A DNA stretch of 64,000 nucleotides, taken from a bacterium. GTDB lineage: Bacteria; Bacteroidota; Ignavibacteria; UBA10030. Location of the stretch: assembly GCA_043803945.1 (NCBI GenBank), contig JAZDJN010000048.1, positions 24,124 to 88,123 of the forward strand, written 5' to 3'. Shown here one piece after another: positions 19,085-28,379 of this stretch. Both the position numbers and the translations under genes were made by a program. Positions within the stretch are counted from its first letter, which is position 1; the number at the start of each line of letters is the position of its first letter. Below the pieces are notes generated by a model that worked only from the letters and a program-made list of their open reading frames with translations, was not told the DNA's origin and ran no database searches.

Positions 19085-19266
19085 TCTAAAAGTCAACGGT
19101 GACTCTCGTGCCGTTTCCAGCGAAGAAAGTTCTTTTCAGAGACATCGGACAATCGCAGGAGACGAATCCCGACAGTGTGCGGTGAAGCACGCGTTCTCAG
19201 ATTGCGTCGAAGAACAATCGACAAGTAACTTTGCATATGGTATGAGTATCTTCCCGGAGAAGAGTA

Positions 19267-20892
19267 ATGGCAAATCATCAGGTTGAAGCACTTCGAGCAT
19301 GTAACATCTTCCAGGGGGTGCCCGATCAGGATTTAGAAAACCTGGCAAGCTCCCTCGTTGAAAAAGAATATCCAGCAGACACCCAATTGATGGACATCGA
19401 TGCTGATGCCGATCGGGTGTATTTTATTATTAATGGCGCGGTAAAGATTTCCCGGAAGACCCATTATGGAGATGAAACAATTCTCAGTATTCTCTCCAAA
19501 GGTCAAATTGTGGGCGAGTTAGGTGTCGTTGATGGCAAAGCGCGGTCCGCTCGGGCCACATGCATGACACTGACCAATGTCCTGGAAATGGAGCGAAGTG
19601 CGTTTGAAAAGCTCCTCTTAAGCAATTCGACCATCGGCTGCAATGTGATGCGCGAACTTACCGGCCGGCTGCGCGGAGCCAACGATAATATTGTGCATCA
19701 ACTTGAAGATGAACGGAAAAATTCTGAAGCCCGATTTGCGAAGCTGCATCAGCTCATCGAAGCCAGTAAAATTGTGAACTCCACACTGGACCTTGATAAG
19801 CTTCTTGGTCTGATTCTCAATTCAGCGGTGAAAAGCATTGAAGCCGATCGCGGAACACTCTATCTGGTCGACAGCATCAAGCAGGAACTTTGGTCGAAGG
19901 TCTTACAAGGAGACAACATGGAGGAGATTCGCCTCCCGGTTGGAACGGGGGTCGCCGGGTATGTTGCTCAGACTGGTGAGACTATCAATATCCCGGATGC
20001 CTATAATGATCACCGATTCAATCCGGATTTCGATAAGCGAACGGGATACCGGACGCGGAATATGCTTTGCATGGCGATGAAAAACAAAGACGGTAAAATC
20101 ATCGGAGTGTTTCAGCTGCTCAATAAAAAGGTTGGCTCATTCACAACAGATGACGAGCAATTTATCGATGCTTTTTCAGCACACGCCTCGGTCGCCATTG
20201 AAAATGCGCGGCTTGCCCAGGAGATGGTGAGCAACGAGCGGCTGTCAGCGGTAGGGCGAATGGCAAGCACCATTATCCATGACATTAAGAACCCGATGGG
20301 GACACTTCGCGTGTATGCTCAGGTGATGAAGCGAAAATCGGGGAATGACGAAGCCGCGAAACTTGCCGATGAGATGATCCATCAGGTTGATCGTTTCGTG
20401 AATATGGCACAGGAAATTCTCGATTTCAGCCGCGGTGTCAGTTCGATGAATGTCCAGGAATATGATTTTGAAGAAGTGATGAACGGTGTTCTGGATTTCA
20501 TCGAAAAGGATTTAACGAAGAACAATGTGCAGCTTATCAGGAAAACTGAGTTTTTAGGGAAGGTCAAACTCGATCAGGACAAGCTGGTCCGGGTGTTCTA
20601 TAATATTGCCAGCAACGCCCGCGACGCCATGCCTCAGGGAGGAGCATTGACGGTTCTCACTGTGGAGAACGATGGATTTGTCAAGATCGAATTTACCGAC
20701 TCGGGAACTGGAATGCCCGAAGAAGTAAAACGCAAGATCTTCGAACCGTTTATGACGTACGGCAAGAAGCATGGAACCGGCCTCGGGATGTCGATCGTGA
20801 AAAAAGTGATAGACGATCATAAAGGCAAAATCGAAATCGATAGTGAAATGGGTAAGGGAACGACGATCCGCATCCAATTACCTATTGCGTAA
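19267..20892 (+). CDS. cNMP-binding + GAF histidine kinase
   Basis: GELGVVDGKARSA cNMP cassette; GAF (NIPDAY.D.RF); IHDIKNP H-box; NARDAM, DSGTGM, GTGLGM. Confidence 0.93.
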   Translation: MANHQVEALRACNIFQGVPDQDLENLASSLVEKEYPADTQLMDIDADADRVYFIINGAVKISRKTHYGDETILSILSKGQIVGELGVVDGKARSARATCMTLTNVLEMERSAFEKLLLSNSTIGCNVMRELTGRLRGANDNIVHQLEDERKNSEARFAKLHQLIEASKIVNSTLDLDKLLGLILNSAVKSIEADRGTLYLVDSIKQELWSKVLQGDNMEEIRLPVGTGVAGYVAQTGETINIPDAYNDHRFNPDFDKRTGYRTRNMLCMAMKNKDGKIIGVFQLLNKKVGSFTTDDEQFIDAFSAHASVAIENARLAQEMVSNERLSAVGRMASTIIHDIKNPMGTLRVYAQVMKRKSGNDEAAKLADEMIHQVDRFVNMAQEILDFSRGVSSMNVQEYDFEEVMNGVLDFIEKDLTKNNVQLIRKTEFLGKVKLDQDKLVRVFYNIASNARDAMPQGGALTVLTVENDGFVKIEFTDSGTGMPEEVKRKIFEPFMTYGKKHGTGLGMSIVKKVIDDHKGKIEIDSEMGKGTTIRIQLPIA

Positions 20893-20945
20893 CGTCGCCG
20901 TCAGATTTGTTAAACAGCGAGAACAATCCAACCGAACAAATCTCC

Positions 20946-21488
20946 ATGAACATCCATATCGGCAGTGGAGAAATTTCAATTGTCAAAGGAGATATTTCTG
21001 CACAAGAGACCGATGCCATCGTCAATGCTGCCAACAACCATCTCTGGATGGGATCTGGTGTAGCGGGGGCAATCAAACGCCGGGGCGGAAGTCAAATTGA
21101 GCAGGAAGCGGTCTCCCAGGGACCCATCGATGTGGGACAAGTTATCCTTACAACCGCAGGATCCCTGAAGACGAAAGCAGTCATTCATGCTGCAGTGATG
21201 GGGCAGGATCTTCATACCAGCGCCGAACTCATCAAGCGGTCAACTCATGCAAGTTTTTGTCTCGCCGAACAAAAACAATTTCATTCCATTTCAATTCCTG
21301 CCCTCGGAACTGGTGTCGGAGGATTTTCTCTTCACCATTGTGCCACGCTGATGATCGGTGAGGCGATTGAGTTTTTGCTCGGTGCCCGGAATCTTCATCA
21401 GATTCGTTTTGTACTCTATAATGACGAGGCAAAAACCATTTTTGAGCATGAATTGAAAGACCGGTTCAGCGCCGCTCGGCATCATTAA
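20946..21488 (+). CDS. Macro domain (ADP-ribose binding/hydrolase) protein
   Basis: GDI..QETDAIVNAAN, GSGVAGAI, IHA, PALGTGVGG; start moved to ATG 20946. Confidence 0.92.
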   Translation: MNIHIGSGEISIVKGDISAQETDAIVNAANNHLWMGSGVAGAIKRRGGSQIEQEAVSQGPIDVGQVILTTAGSLKTKAVIHAAVMGQDLHTSAELIKRSTHASFCLAEQKQFHSISIPALGTGVGGFSLHHCATLMIGEAIEFLLGARNLHQIRFVLYNDEAKTIFEHELKDRFSAARHH

Positions 21489-21574
21489 ACCGTCTCGTTC
21501 CAGAAAACTGTTCACCTACAGCCATCCTTCTATCGCTTTTAACAGAATCATCAACTTATTATGGGATTTCAGTT

Positions 21575-21967
21575 ATGTCAACGTCAGAACAACATAGTGA
21601 AGATCGTCTCCCGCATCGGCTTGTACGCTGGCGTGAATTTTTCTTCGCCCAGAAATACCGCTTCGACCTCGGTCAGTCCTTTCTTGTGATTGTCAACTTC
21701 ATGCTGCTCATCATCACCGCCAGCGACAAACTGCAGCTCTTCTTTGGTATTCCCCGCCTTCGATCCCTGCTTGTGATCATTCTGCCGGCCAGTTTCGTGG
21801 GTGTCTGGCTCTTTGGATACTTCATGGATAGAATAGTTCGTGCAGCACAGATGGCGGAGCGCCAGTCCATAAAACGCAGTGAAGTCTGGACAAAGCATAA
21901 CGAGCAGATGGAACAGCTTGAACTGGAGATAAAGGAAATTAAAACACTTCTCCAGCATCGGGAGTAA
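21575..21967 (+). CDS. Hypothetical two-TM membrane protein with coiled-coil tail
   Basis: 130-aa ORF with two hydrophobic segments and a heptad-like C-terminus. Confidence 0.65.
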   Translation: MSTSEQHSEDRLPHRLVRWREFFFAQKYRFDLGQSFLVIVNFMLLIITASDKLQLFFGIPRLRSLLVIILPASFVGVWLFGYFMDRIVRAAQMAERQSIKRSEVWTKHNEQMEQLELEIKEIKTLLQHRE

Positions 21968-21994
21968 TACAATCGAACTTTTGCTCGATCAATC

Positions 21995-22936
21995 TCAGTC
22001 GATAAGAGCTTTGAGATGATGTTCTACGCTAGTCGCCAACGCGTGTGGATTGTAACCACCCTCCAGCACGGAAATGATCCGCTTGTTGGCCGATTTCGCC
22101 GCGGTGTCAGTTAACAGCGTGGTGAATTTTGCGTATGATTGTTCGGTAAGGTTGATGCTCGCCAGGGGATCGTCCCGGTGTGCATCAAACCCAGCAGAAA
22201 TCATGAGGAGTTCAGGTTTGAACTTCTTCAAGGCAGGGAGAATGGTTTCTTTGAAGGCGTCGAGATATTCCTTTTCCGTGCTGCCGGGGTGCATCGGACA
22301 ATTCACTGTAAATCCTTCTCCCTTATCAATCCCCCGTTCGACCGCTGTTCCTGTCCCCGGCCACAGCGGCAATTGATGCAGGCTGATATACAAGACAGAA
22401 TCATCATCATAGAAAATTTCTTGAGTCCCGTTCCCATGATGAACATCCCAATCGACGATCGCGATCCTGATCACACCATACTTCTCCTGGGCATAACGGG
22501 CTCCGATAGCCACGTTATTAAAGAGGCAAAATCCCATTGCCGAAGAGGACCCGGCGTGATGGCCTGGAGGTCGAACGGCACAGAACGCAGTGTGGATATG
22601 GTTGTTCAGGACCTCATCGATAGCTTGAGTGACAGCACCGACAGCAAGCCGGGCGACTTCAAACGATTCTCTGCACACATGAGTATCGCCATCATCGAGA
22701 ATATGGATTCCGGAAGTGCATTGCTGTTCCACCCACCGGATGTACGTGGAGGGGTGCACATGCTCCAGCCAGGCCATTTGCGCCGGTAAAGGCTGATAGT
22801 GCTGCATCTTCGACCATAGTGGAGTTTGCAGTAAATGCTGAAAAACAGCCTCAACACGCTGTGCCCGCTCGGGGTGTCCCTCTCCTGTCTCATGCTTGAG
22901 AAAATCTGGATGGTAGAAAAAACCGAGTGTGTTCAT
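21995..22936 (-). CDS. Histone-deacetylase-family (Zn) deacylase
   Basis: HPE, RPPGHHA, GFCLFNN, DWDVHHGNGTQ, SAGFDAH, LEGGY. Confidence 0.95.
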   Translation of the reverse strand: MNTLGFFYHPDFLKHETGEGHPERAQRVEAVFQHLLQTPLWSKMQHYQPLPAQMAWLEHVHPSTYIRWVEQQCTSGIHILDDGDTHVCRESFEVARLAVGAVTQAIDEVLNNHIHTAFCAVRPPGHHAGSSSAMGFCLFNNVAIGARYAQEKYGVIRIAIVDWDVHHGNGTQEIFYDDDSVLYISLHQLPLWPGTGTAVERGIDKGEGFTVNCPMHPGSTEKEYLDAFKETILPALKKFKPELLMISAGFDAHRDDPLASINLTEQSYAKFTTLLTDTAAKSANKRIISVLEGGYNPHALATSVEHHLKALID

Positions 22937-22979
22937 TGCGTATTCTCCTCTCGATGATTAAACCAATGAGTTCCAATTC

Positions 22980-23408
22980 TCAAAGCGCATGGTCTAATGC
23001 CTTCAACGCAAACCAGAACGAAATCAGGACAAAGATACAAAACAAGCTTACTTCAACAATGATGATGGATTCCCGATCCCAATTTTGAAAATTATTCCAA
23101 ACGGAAAGATACTGCTCAATGGCATCCTCCTGAAGCACAACGCAAATCCGTTTCCGGATCTGAAGCGGATCCATCTCTGCGTTGAAACCAAGAACATGAA
23201 CGGAGCCGGATGTCGAACCAAGGAGTGTGGTGAGAACTTTGATTGTTGTAGATTTTCCGGCGCCATTGGGACCAAGAAGCCCGAAAATTTCGCCCGAACG
23301 AACCTGGAAAGAGATGTCATCCACAGCTCGTACCGGGATAGTCCGTTTGCGGTCGTAAATCTTGACCAGATTCTCAACTCGTATGGCGGCTTGTTCGGAG
23401 CTTTTCAT
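22980..23408 (-). pseudogene. ABC ATPase N-half fused by deletion to a probable ABC-2 permease C-terminal helix
   Basis: Walker A GPNGAGKST and Q-loop present; no LSGG signature or Walker B; ends in a hydrophobic helix. Confidence 0.75.
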
Positions 23409-23537
23409 GGCAGTGTCGATGCTGTTGACGGAATCTACCAACAATTTTTAACACTTGCATACCTTCTTTGTGCTTTGCTTTTCCACTGACGCGTCTCTAT
23501 ATTCAAACCAGGATACCAGAGGAAGAGAGTTGCGAAG

Positions 23538-24443
23538 ATGAACTCAACACAGGTGATTTCAGTTCCAGAAGATTTTAATTTTTGGCGGACAGTGTACAGT
23601 CATGGCTGGTGTTCGCTTCCTCCTTTCAACGTTGACAAAGATCGGGAAAGGTTGAATTGCGTCCTCGACGTCGGGAAGAGGATGATAGTCGATTGCGCTC
23701 TATCACCAAGCCGAGCTTCACTTGTTCTAATGTTGATGAGCAACCGTAAGCTGAACCGGCTTCAGACACTCAGCGCCATTGCTCAAATTAAGGATTGTCT
23801 GCGTCTGAAGGAGGATTTTTCACAATTTTATCGCGATGCCCGAAAGCAGAAAGAATTTCGCTGGGTATCCCGTACCGGTTCAGGGCGACTTCTCAGAGCA
23901 CCAAGTGTTTTCGAAGATGTTGTGAAAATGATCTGCACGACGAATTGCAGCTGGGCGTTCACGGAGAATATGGTAAAAAATCTTCTGGATCGTCTTGGAA
24001 GTGTTTCGCCTGCCGGTGTGCGCTGCTTCCCCGCACCGGAAACAATTGCGGCAATGACCGAAAGAGAAATGAGGACTGAAATCCGGGCAGGCTACCGATC
24101 ACCTTACCTTCTGGAATTCTCTGAAAGGGTCGCTGCCGGAAAACTTGATGTCGAATCATGGCGATTATCTACGTTGCCGACACCGGAACTGTTCAAGCAG
24201 GTGATCTCGATAAAAGGTGTGGGTGAGTATGCAACCGGAAACATTCTTAAACTGCTCGGACGATATGACTATCTCGGCCTCGATTCTTGGGTCCGCGGCC
24301 GTTACTATGAATTGTACACCAATGGCAGAAAAGTGAGTGATGCGAGGATAGAAAAACAGTACGCCAAGTACGGTCAGTGGAGGGGACTTTTATTCTGGCT
24401 CGACATGACGAAGCACTGGTTTGGCAGGAAGTTTCCATTCTAA
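23538..24443 (+). CDS. HhH-GPD DNA glycosylase (AlkA/Ogg-like)
   Basis: GRLLRAPSVFED.VK.I.TTN, FP.P, GYR, IKGVGEY, DSW motifs. Confidence 0.85.
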   Translation: MNSTQVISVPEDFNFWRTVYSHGWCSLPPFNVDKDRERLNCVLDVGKRMIVDCALSPSRASLVLMLMSNRKLNRLQTLSAIAQIKDCLRLKEDFSQFYRDARKQKEFRWVSRTGSGRLLRAPSVFEDVVKMICTTNCSWAFTENMVKNLLDRLGSVSPAGVRCFPAPETIAAMTEREMRTEIRAGYRSPYLLEFSERVAAGKLDVESWRLSTLPTPELFKQVISIKGVGEYATGNILKLLGRYDYLGLDSWVRGRYYELYTNGRKVSDARIEKQYAKYGQWRGLLFWLDMTKHWFGRKFPF

Positions 24444-24469
24444 ACAAGAAGATAGAACATACTCCAGCG

Positions 24470-25297
24470 ATGCTTATCCAATTCCTTCATCGACTCATGC
24501 AGCTTCGCTATCGATTCTATGGGATCGAGAACCGCCGTCTCGTTCTCGAACGGTGTACTCTTCATTATTATTGTAATCGCTGTGCAAATCCAAAAGGGAT
24601 TCTCATTTTCCTGCATGGACTGGGAACATCGTCGAGTACATGGTTTCGTATTCTCCCATCGTTTACAGATCAGTATCAGTGCTATGCCATTGATTTGCCG
24701 GGATTCGGATTGTCCAGTGTGAACGGCAAGGGATGGTTTACCCTTCTGGATCATGTCCAGACTGTTTCTGCTTTTTGTCATGCCCTCGCTCTTGAATCCT
24801 ATACTCTTATCGCCCATTCTCTTGGAGGATGGATCGCTATGCACCATGGAGTGCTTAACGCATCCAGGGTTGACCAGCTTATTCTACTCGATACCGCCGG
24901 ACTATGGTTTGAGGGAATCGACGAACTGCAAACGGTCTTTGATATCAAGTCAACGAGAGATACACAGAGGCTGCTGGATCGTCTCTGGTATAATTACCCA
25001 TGGTATATGAAGCTTTTCACCCCGGCTGTGACCACTCACCTTCAGAAGAAGAATTGTTCAGAATTTATTCACTCGATCTCGTCCTCGGATCTCTTACACC
25101 ATGAAGTGAGCAAACTCGTTTGTCCGGTGACGGTTATCTGGGGAGAGGAAGATCGGTTGATTCCCAAGAGTGTGATGTTGATGCTTCAGCAGTTAGTACC
25201 GCATCTCCGAAGTATCACCATCCCGAAGTGCGGGCATATTCCTCAGCTTGAACGTCCGAAGGAGCTCAATTGCATATTGCACGGAATTTTTCCATGA
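24470..25297 (+). CDS. Alpha/beta hydrolase
   Basis: FLHGLG, DLPGFG, HSLGG nucleophile elbow, WGEED, GHIPQLE. Confidence 0.88.
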   Translation: MLIQFLHRLMQLRYRFYGIENRRLVLERCTLHYYCNRCANPKGILIFLHGLGTSSSTWFRILPSFTDQYQCYAIDLPGFGLSSVNGKGWFTLLDHVQTVSAFCHALALESYTLIAHSLGGWIAMHHGVLNASRVDQLILLDTAGLWFEGIDELQTVFDIKSTRDTQRLLDRLWYNYPWYMKLFTPAVTTHLQKKNCSEFIHSISSSDLLHHEVSKLVCPVTVIWGEEDRLIPKSVMLMLQQLVPHLRSITIPKCGHIPQLERPKELNCILHGIFP

Positions 25298-25313
25298 GGG
25301 ATTGATGGATTAG

Positions 25314-25634
25314 TTGGATGAGATAGAAAAAGAACTTCAGCGTTCGGTGGACGCGCAACGGCTCAGTCAGGAGGGAAAAGTACGGGTCTCAGCCCGACGT
25401 GCTGCCGGATTAGCCATTACTGAGTATCAGAAAAGGGAGGGGGCAGCATGGTATGGGAATGACTTCATTCAACAGCTTCGGGCATTTGCCTTTGATCCAA
25501 CAATACCTCTTCATGTCCGTGAAGCGGCGTATCGTCTTCAGTCGAGGCTCTCCCGTGACTTTCGTTCGATCTCACATGACCCTGTGTCGGATGCCAAATT
25601 GATCATCGAGTACATCCGCCAAGTCTTACGCTAG
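25314..25634 (+). CDS. Hypothetical protein
   Basis: 106-aa ORF in an operon-like run; EGKVRVSARRAAG looks like a conserved block. Confidence 0.65.
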   Translation: MDEIEKELQRSVDAQRLSQEGKVRVSARRAAGLAITEYQKREGAAWYGNDFIQQLRAFAFDPTIPLHVREAAYRLQSRLSRDFRSISHDPVSDAKLIIEYIRQVLR

Positions 25635-25637
25635 CTC

Positions 25638-25778
25638 TTAGAGCCCCTGCTCCGCCGCTGCGTCATTGCTGCCATATTTCAGTCGTTCTGTCTTGAATCG
25701 ATCGTGTTTCCTTTTGAGGATGAAAATCGGGACCGCGACCAGCAAGAACAAACCTGTGTATAATGCAAACCGTTTCAT
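25638..25778 (-). CDS. Small single-TM protein
   Basis: MKRFALYTGLFLLVAVPIFILKRK... with GGGAA RBS-like sequence; internal ATG of the track ORF. Confidence 0.45.
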   Translation of the reverse strand: MKRFALYTGLFLLVAVPIFILKRKHDRFKTERLKYGSNDAAAEQGL

Positions 25779-25946
25779 AAAAGAGTTCCCTGCAAATTGG
25801 TTCCAATAATTAAGAATCGGGGGAGATATTGAGCATTGATCTTCAACTACTCCAGTAAAAGATAACATTTCTGGGGGTACTCCAATGTATTGACGGTCAC
25901 ACAGATGGATCTCCTGCGCATGTCCACACTGCTTCCGGATTTCTCC

Positions 25947-25975
25947 TTGACTTTCATTACAACACGAAATATATT
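25947..25975 (+). promoter_or_regulatory. Putative sigma70-type promoter of the Crp/Fnr gene
   Basis: TTGACT-N17-TATATT. Confidence 0.55.
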
Positions 25976-26060
25976 TCATTCAGTGGGTGAGGATTACGTA
26001 GAGAGGAGACTCTCCAAAACATCCATTCACAATGGTTTATCGCCAAAACAACGATAGTCA

Positions 26061-26744
26061 ATGACCGAAGAAATAAACTTTTTACAAAATGTTCCTCTCT
26101 TTGAGGATTTAGGTGTGGACGAGCTCAACAAGATTGCCAAACTTGGCGTCCGGAAAAAATATAAGAGGGGAAATATTGTCGTTCTTGAACAGGAGATGGG
26201 AGCAGCGCTCTTCATTATTATCTCCGGCAAAGTGAAAATTGTACGGACCGATGAAGAAGGACGAGAGGTCATCCTCTCAATTTTTGGTCCCGGTGAATTT
26301 TTTGGTGAGATGTCATTATTGGATGGTTTAGCGAGATCGGCAAGTGTTGTCGCGTTAGCAAAAGCAGAACTGTTCATGATTCATCGCAGGGATTTCCTCA
26401 AGCTCTTACACGAGCATCCACAAGTGGCTATCTGCCTTCTTGGCGAATTAACCATGCGTCTTCGGAAAGCAGACAGCCAGATTAAAAGCCTCTCTCTCAA
26501 AGATGCAGCAGGCCGCGTAGCAAATGTTATTCTCATGCTCGCGGACGATATCGGTGTTTTCCGTAAAGGAAAAGTGGAGATCGATGAACTGCCGTTACAG
26601 CAGGACATGGCTAATATGGCCGGTACCTCGCGCGAGACAGTTTCCCGGATGATCCATAAATTTATAACCGATGGTCATCTGATTCTCAACGGCAATAAGC
26701 TCATCATCAATGATTACGACGAATTCCGTCGAATGCATCTCTAG
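26061..26744 (+). CDS. Crp/Fnr-family transcriptional regulator
   Basis: FFGEMSLLDGLARSA cNMP pocket; QQDMANMAGTSRETVSR HTH. Confidence 0.95.
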   Translation: MTEEINFLQNVPLFEDLGVDELNKIAKLGVRKKYKRGNIVVLEQEMGAALFIIISGKVKIVRTDEEGREVILSIFGPGEFFGEMSLLDGLARSASVVALAKAELFMIHRRDFLKLLHEHPQVAICLLGELTMRLRKADSQIKSLSLKDAAGRVANVILMLADDIGVFRKGKVEIDELPLQQDMANMAGTSRETVSRMIHKFITDGHLILNGNKLIINDYDEFRRMHL

Positions 26745-26769
26745 TACCTGATCCAGGAACTACGTTTGC

Positions 26770-26919
26770 GTTTGATCCAATAAAGCCGTCACTGGAGACG
26801 AATCCCGCCTCGAGGCAGGGTGCGGGCTTCGCATGGAGGCGGGGATAAAGAATCGCAAGACGGTTTTCAGACGGCACGCGCTGCGTTGACAAGCAGCAAC
26901 CCTTCCGCTCTGGGCAAAC
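26770..26919. ncRNA. Candidate structured RNA or leader, family not recognised
   Basis: Nested complementary segments found by eye, e.g. ATCCCGCCTC/GAGGCGGGGAT, CTGGAGAC/GTTTTCAG, GCCGT/ACGGC. Confidence 0.3.
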
Positions 26920-26975
26920 AAATCGAGCGCTGATAAAAGGAAATTTCACATGTCAAACTTTGAACAACTATACTC

Positions 26976-27869
26976 ATGGCACAATCGGTGGAGTCGGGGA
27001 CTCGTGAAGAAGCCCGCGCAGCGGGCAGGTCCGCTTTTCAGTCCGCATCGGGTCGCGCTGATCTGCATACGCATACCGTGTATTCAGATGGTGCTTTATC
27101 ATCGCAAGAACTGGTGACGAAGGCACACGAAGCGGGATTTGCCGTCATTTCGATTACGGATCATGACAACATTGGAGCGCTTGATGAAGCAATAGGATGT
27201 GGGACGCAGGTTGGGATTGAGGTCATTCCGGGAGTTGAGTTAAGTGTTGCATTCAACGACCGAGATATCCATCTGCTCGCCTACTTCATTGATTTCAAGA
27301 ACAAGGATCTTCTCGACTACCTCACGTTCTTTCAAGTCGAGCGATTCAAGCGTGCGGAGCGCATCGTTGGAAAGTTGAATAAGCTCAACATTCCCATCAC
27401 GATGGACGGCATTCTCAAACAGTCAGGACTGGGTTCCGTGGGAAGGCCGCATATCGCTTATGCCTTGCTGGAGGGAGGATGGACGTCCACTTACCAGGAG
27501 GCGTTCGAACGATTTATCGGTGTGGGCGGGCCTGCGTACGAAAAGAAGTATCAATTAGCACCACATGAAGCATTGCAGCTCATCAGCCAAGCAGGCGGCT
27601 TATCATTTCTTGCTCATCCCGGGAAGTATACGAGTGAATTTGAAATTTCACAGTTCATCAAGCTCGGCCTGGATGGAATCGAGGTTGTTCATCCATCCCA
27701 TGATGAACGGCGTAAGGAATATTATCGCAGCGTGATCAACCAGTATTTTCTTCTGGAAAGCGGTGGTTCGGATTTCCACGGCGGCAAGAAAAACGATGAC
27801 TATGCTTTCGGTACCTTTACCGTCTCCATGCAAGTCGTCGAAGCGATGAAGAAAAGATTGTTTTGTTAA
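26976..27869 (+). CDS. PHP-domain phosphoesterase (TrpH/RNase AM-like)
   Basis: DLHTHT..SDG, ITDHD, GVE, GRPHIA, LAHP, GGSDFHG. Confidence 0.93.
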   Translation: MAQSVESGTREEARAAGRSAFQSASGRADLHTHTVYSDGALSSQELVTKAHEAGFAVISITDHDNIGALDEAIGCGTQVGIEVIPGVELSVAFNDRDIHLLAYFIDFKNKDLLDYLTFFQVERFKRAERIVGKLNKLNIPITMDGILKQSGLGSVGRPHIAYALLEGGWTSTYQEAFERFIGVGGPAYEKKYQLAPHEALQLISQAGGLSFLAHPGKYTSEFEISQFIKLGLDGIEVVHPSHDERRKEYYRSVINQYFLLESGGSDFHGGKKNDDYAFGTFTVSMQVVEAMKKRLFC

Positions 27870-27875
27870 TCATCT

Positions 27876-28379
27876 ATGAATAGAGAACGTTCGAAGGCTG
27901 AGTTGCCAAAGCGAGCCGCTAAAGGTGTCTCGATTGCAATCGTTGTGAGCCGGTTCAATGAGGAGATTACAAGTCAGCTTCTCGAAGACGCCTTGAAGTG
28001 CCTTTCCCACTATGGCTGCCGACGAATTGATAACGATGTATTCTTCTGTCCGGGTGCTTTTGAATTACCTCAGGTTGCGAATCGTTTATGTGCAAAGAAG
28101 CAATGGGACGCGATCATTTGTCTCGGTGCAGTCATTCGGGGTGAGACACCGCACTTTGAATATGTTTCTTCAGAGACTGCCCGCGGATTGCAGCATGTCG
28201 CACTGAAATTCGCGATTCCGATCGTTTTCGGAGTGCTGACAACCAATACGATACAGCAGGCACGTGAACGGGCAGGAGGAAAGCACGGTCATAAAGGCTG
28301 GGATGCAGCCGTTACGGCACTTGAGATGGTCGCGTTGTTTCGGACAATTTCCCGCACTGGAAAAACTCATGCAGGATAA
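27876..28379 (+). CDS. ribH: 6,7-dimethyl-8-ribityllumazine synthase
   Basis: VVSRFN, PGAFELP, LGAVIRGETPHFEYV, FGVLTT. Confidence 0.97.
   Translation: MNRERSKAELPKRAAKGVSIAIVVSRFNEEITSQLLEDALKCLSHYGCRRIDNDVFFCPGAFELPQVANRLCAKKQWDAIICLGAVIRGETPHFEYVSSETARGLQHVALKFAIPIVFGVLTTNTIQQARERAGGKHGHKGWDAAVTALEMVALFRTISRTGKTHAG

Noticed and set aside
19158-19171. Exact 14-mer GGAGACGAATCCCG shared with 26794-26807, both intergenic near cNMP-domain genes
   Set aside because: Several 14-mer matches are expected by chance in 64 kb and the flanks do not extend convincingly
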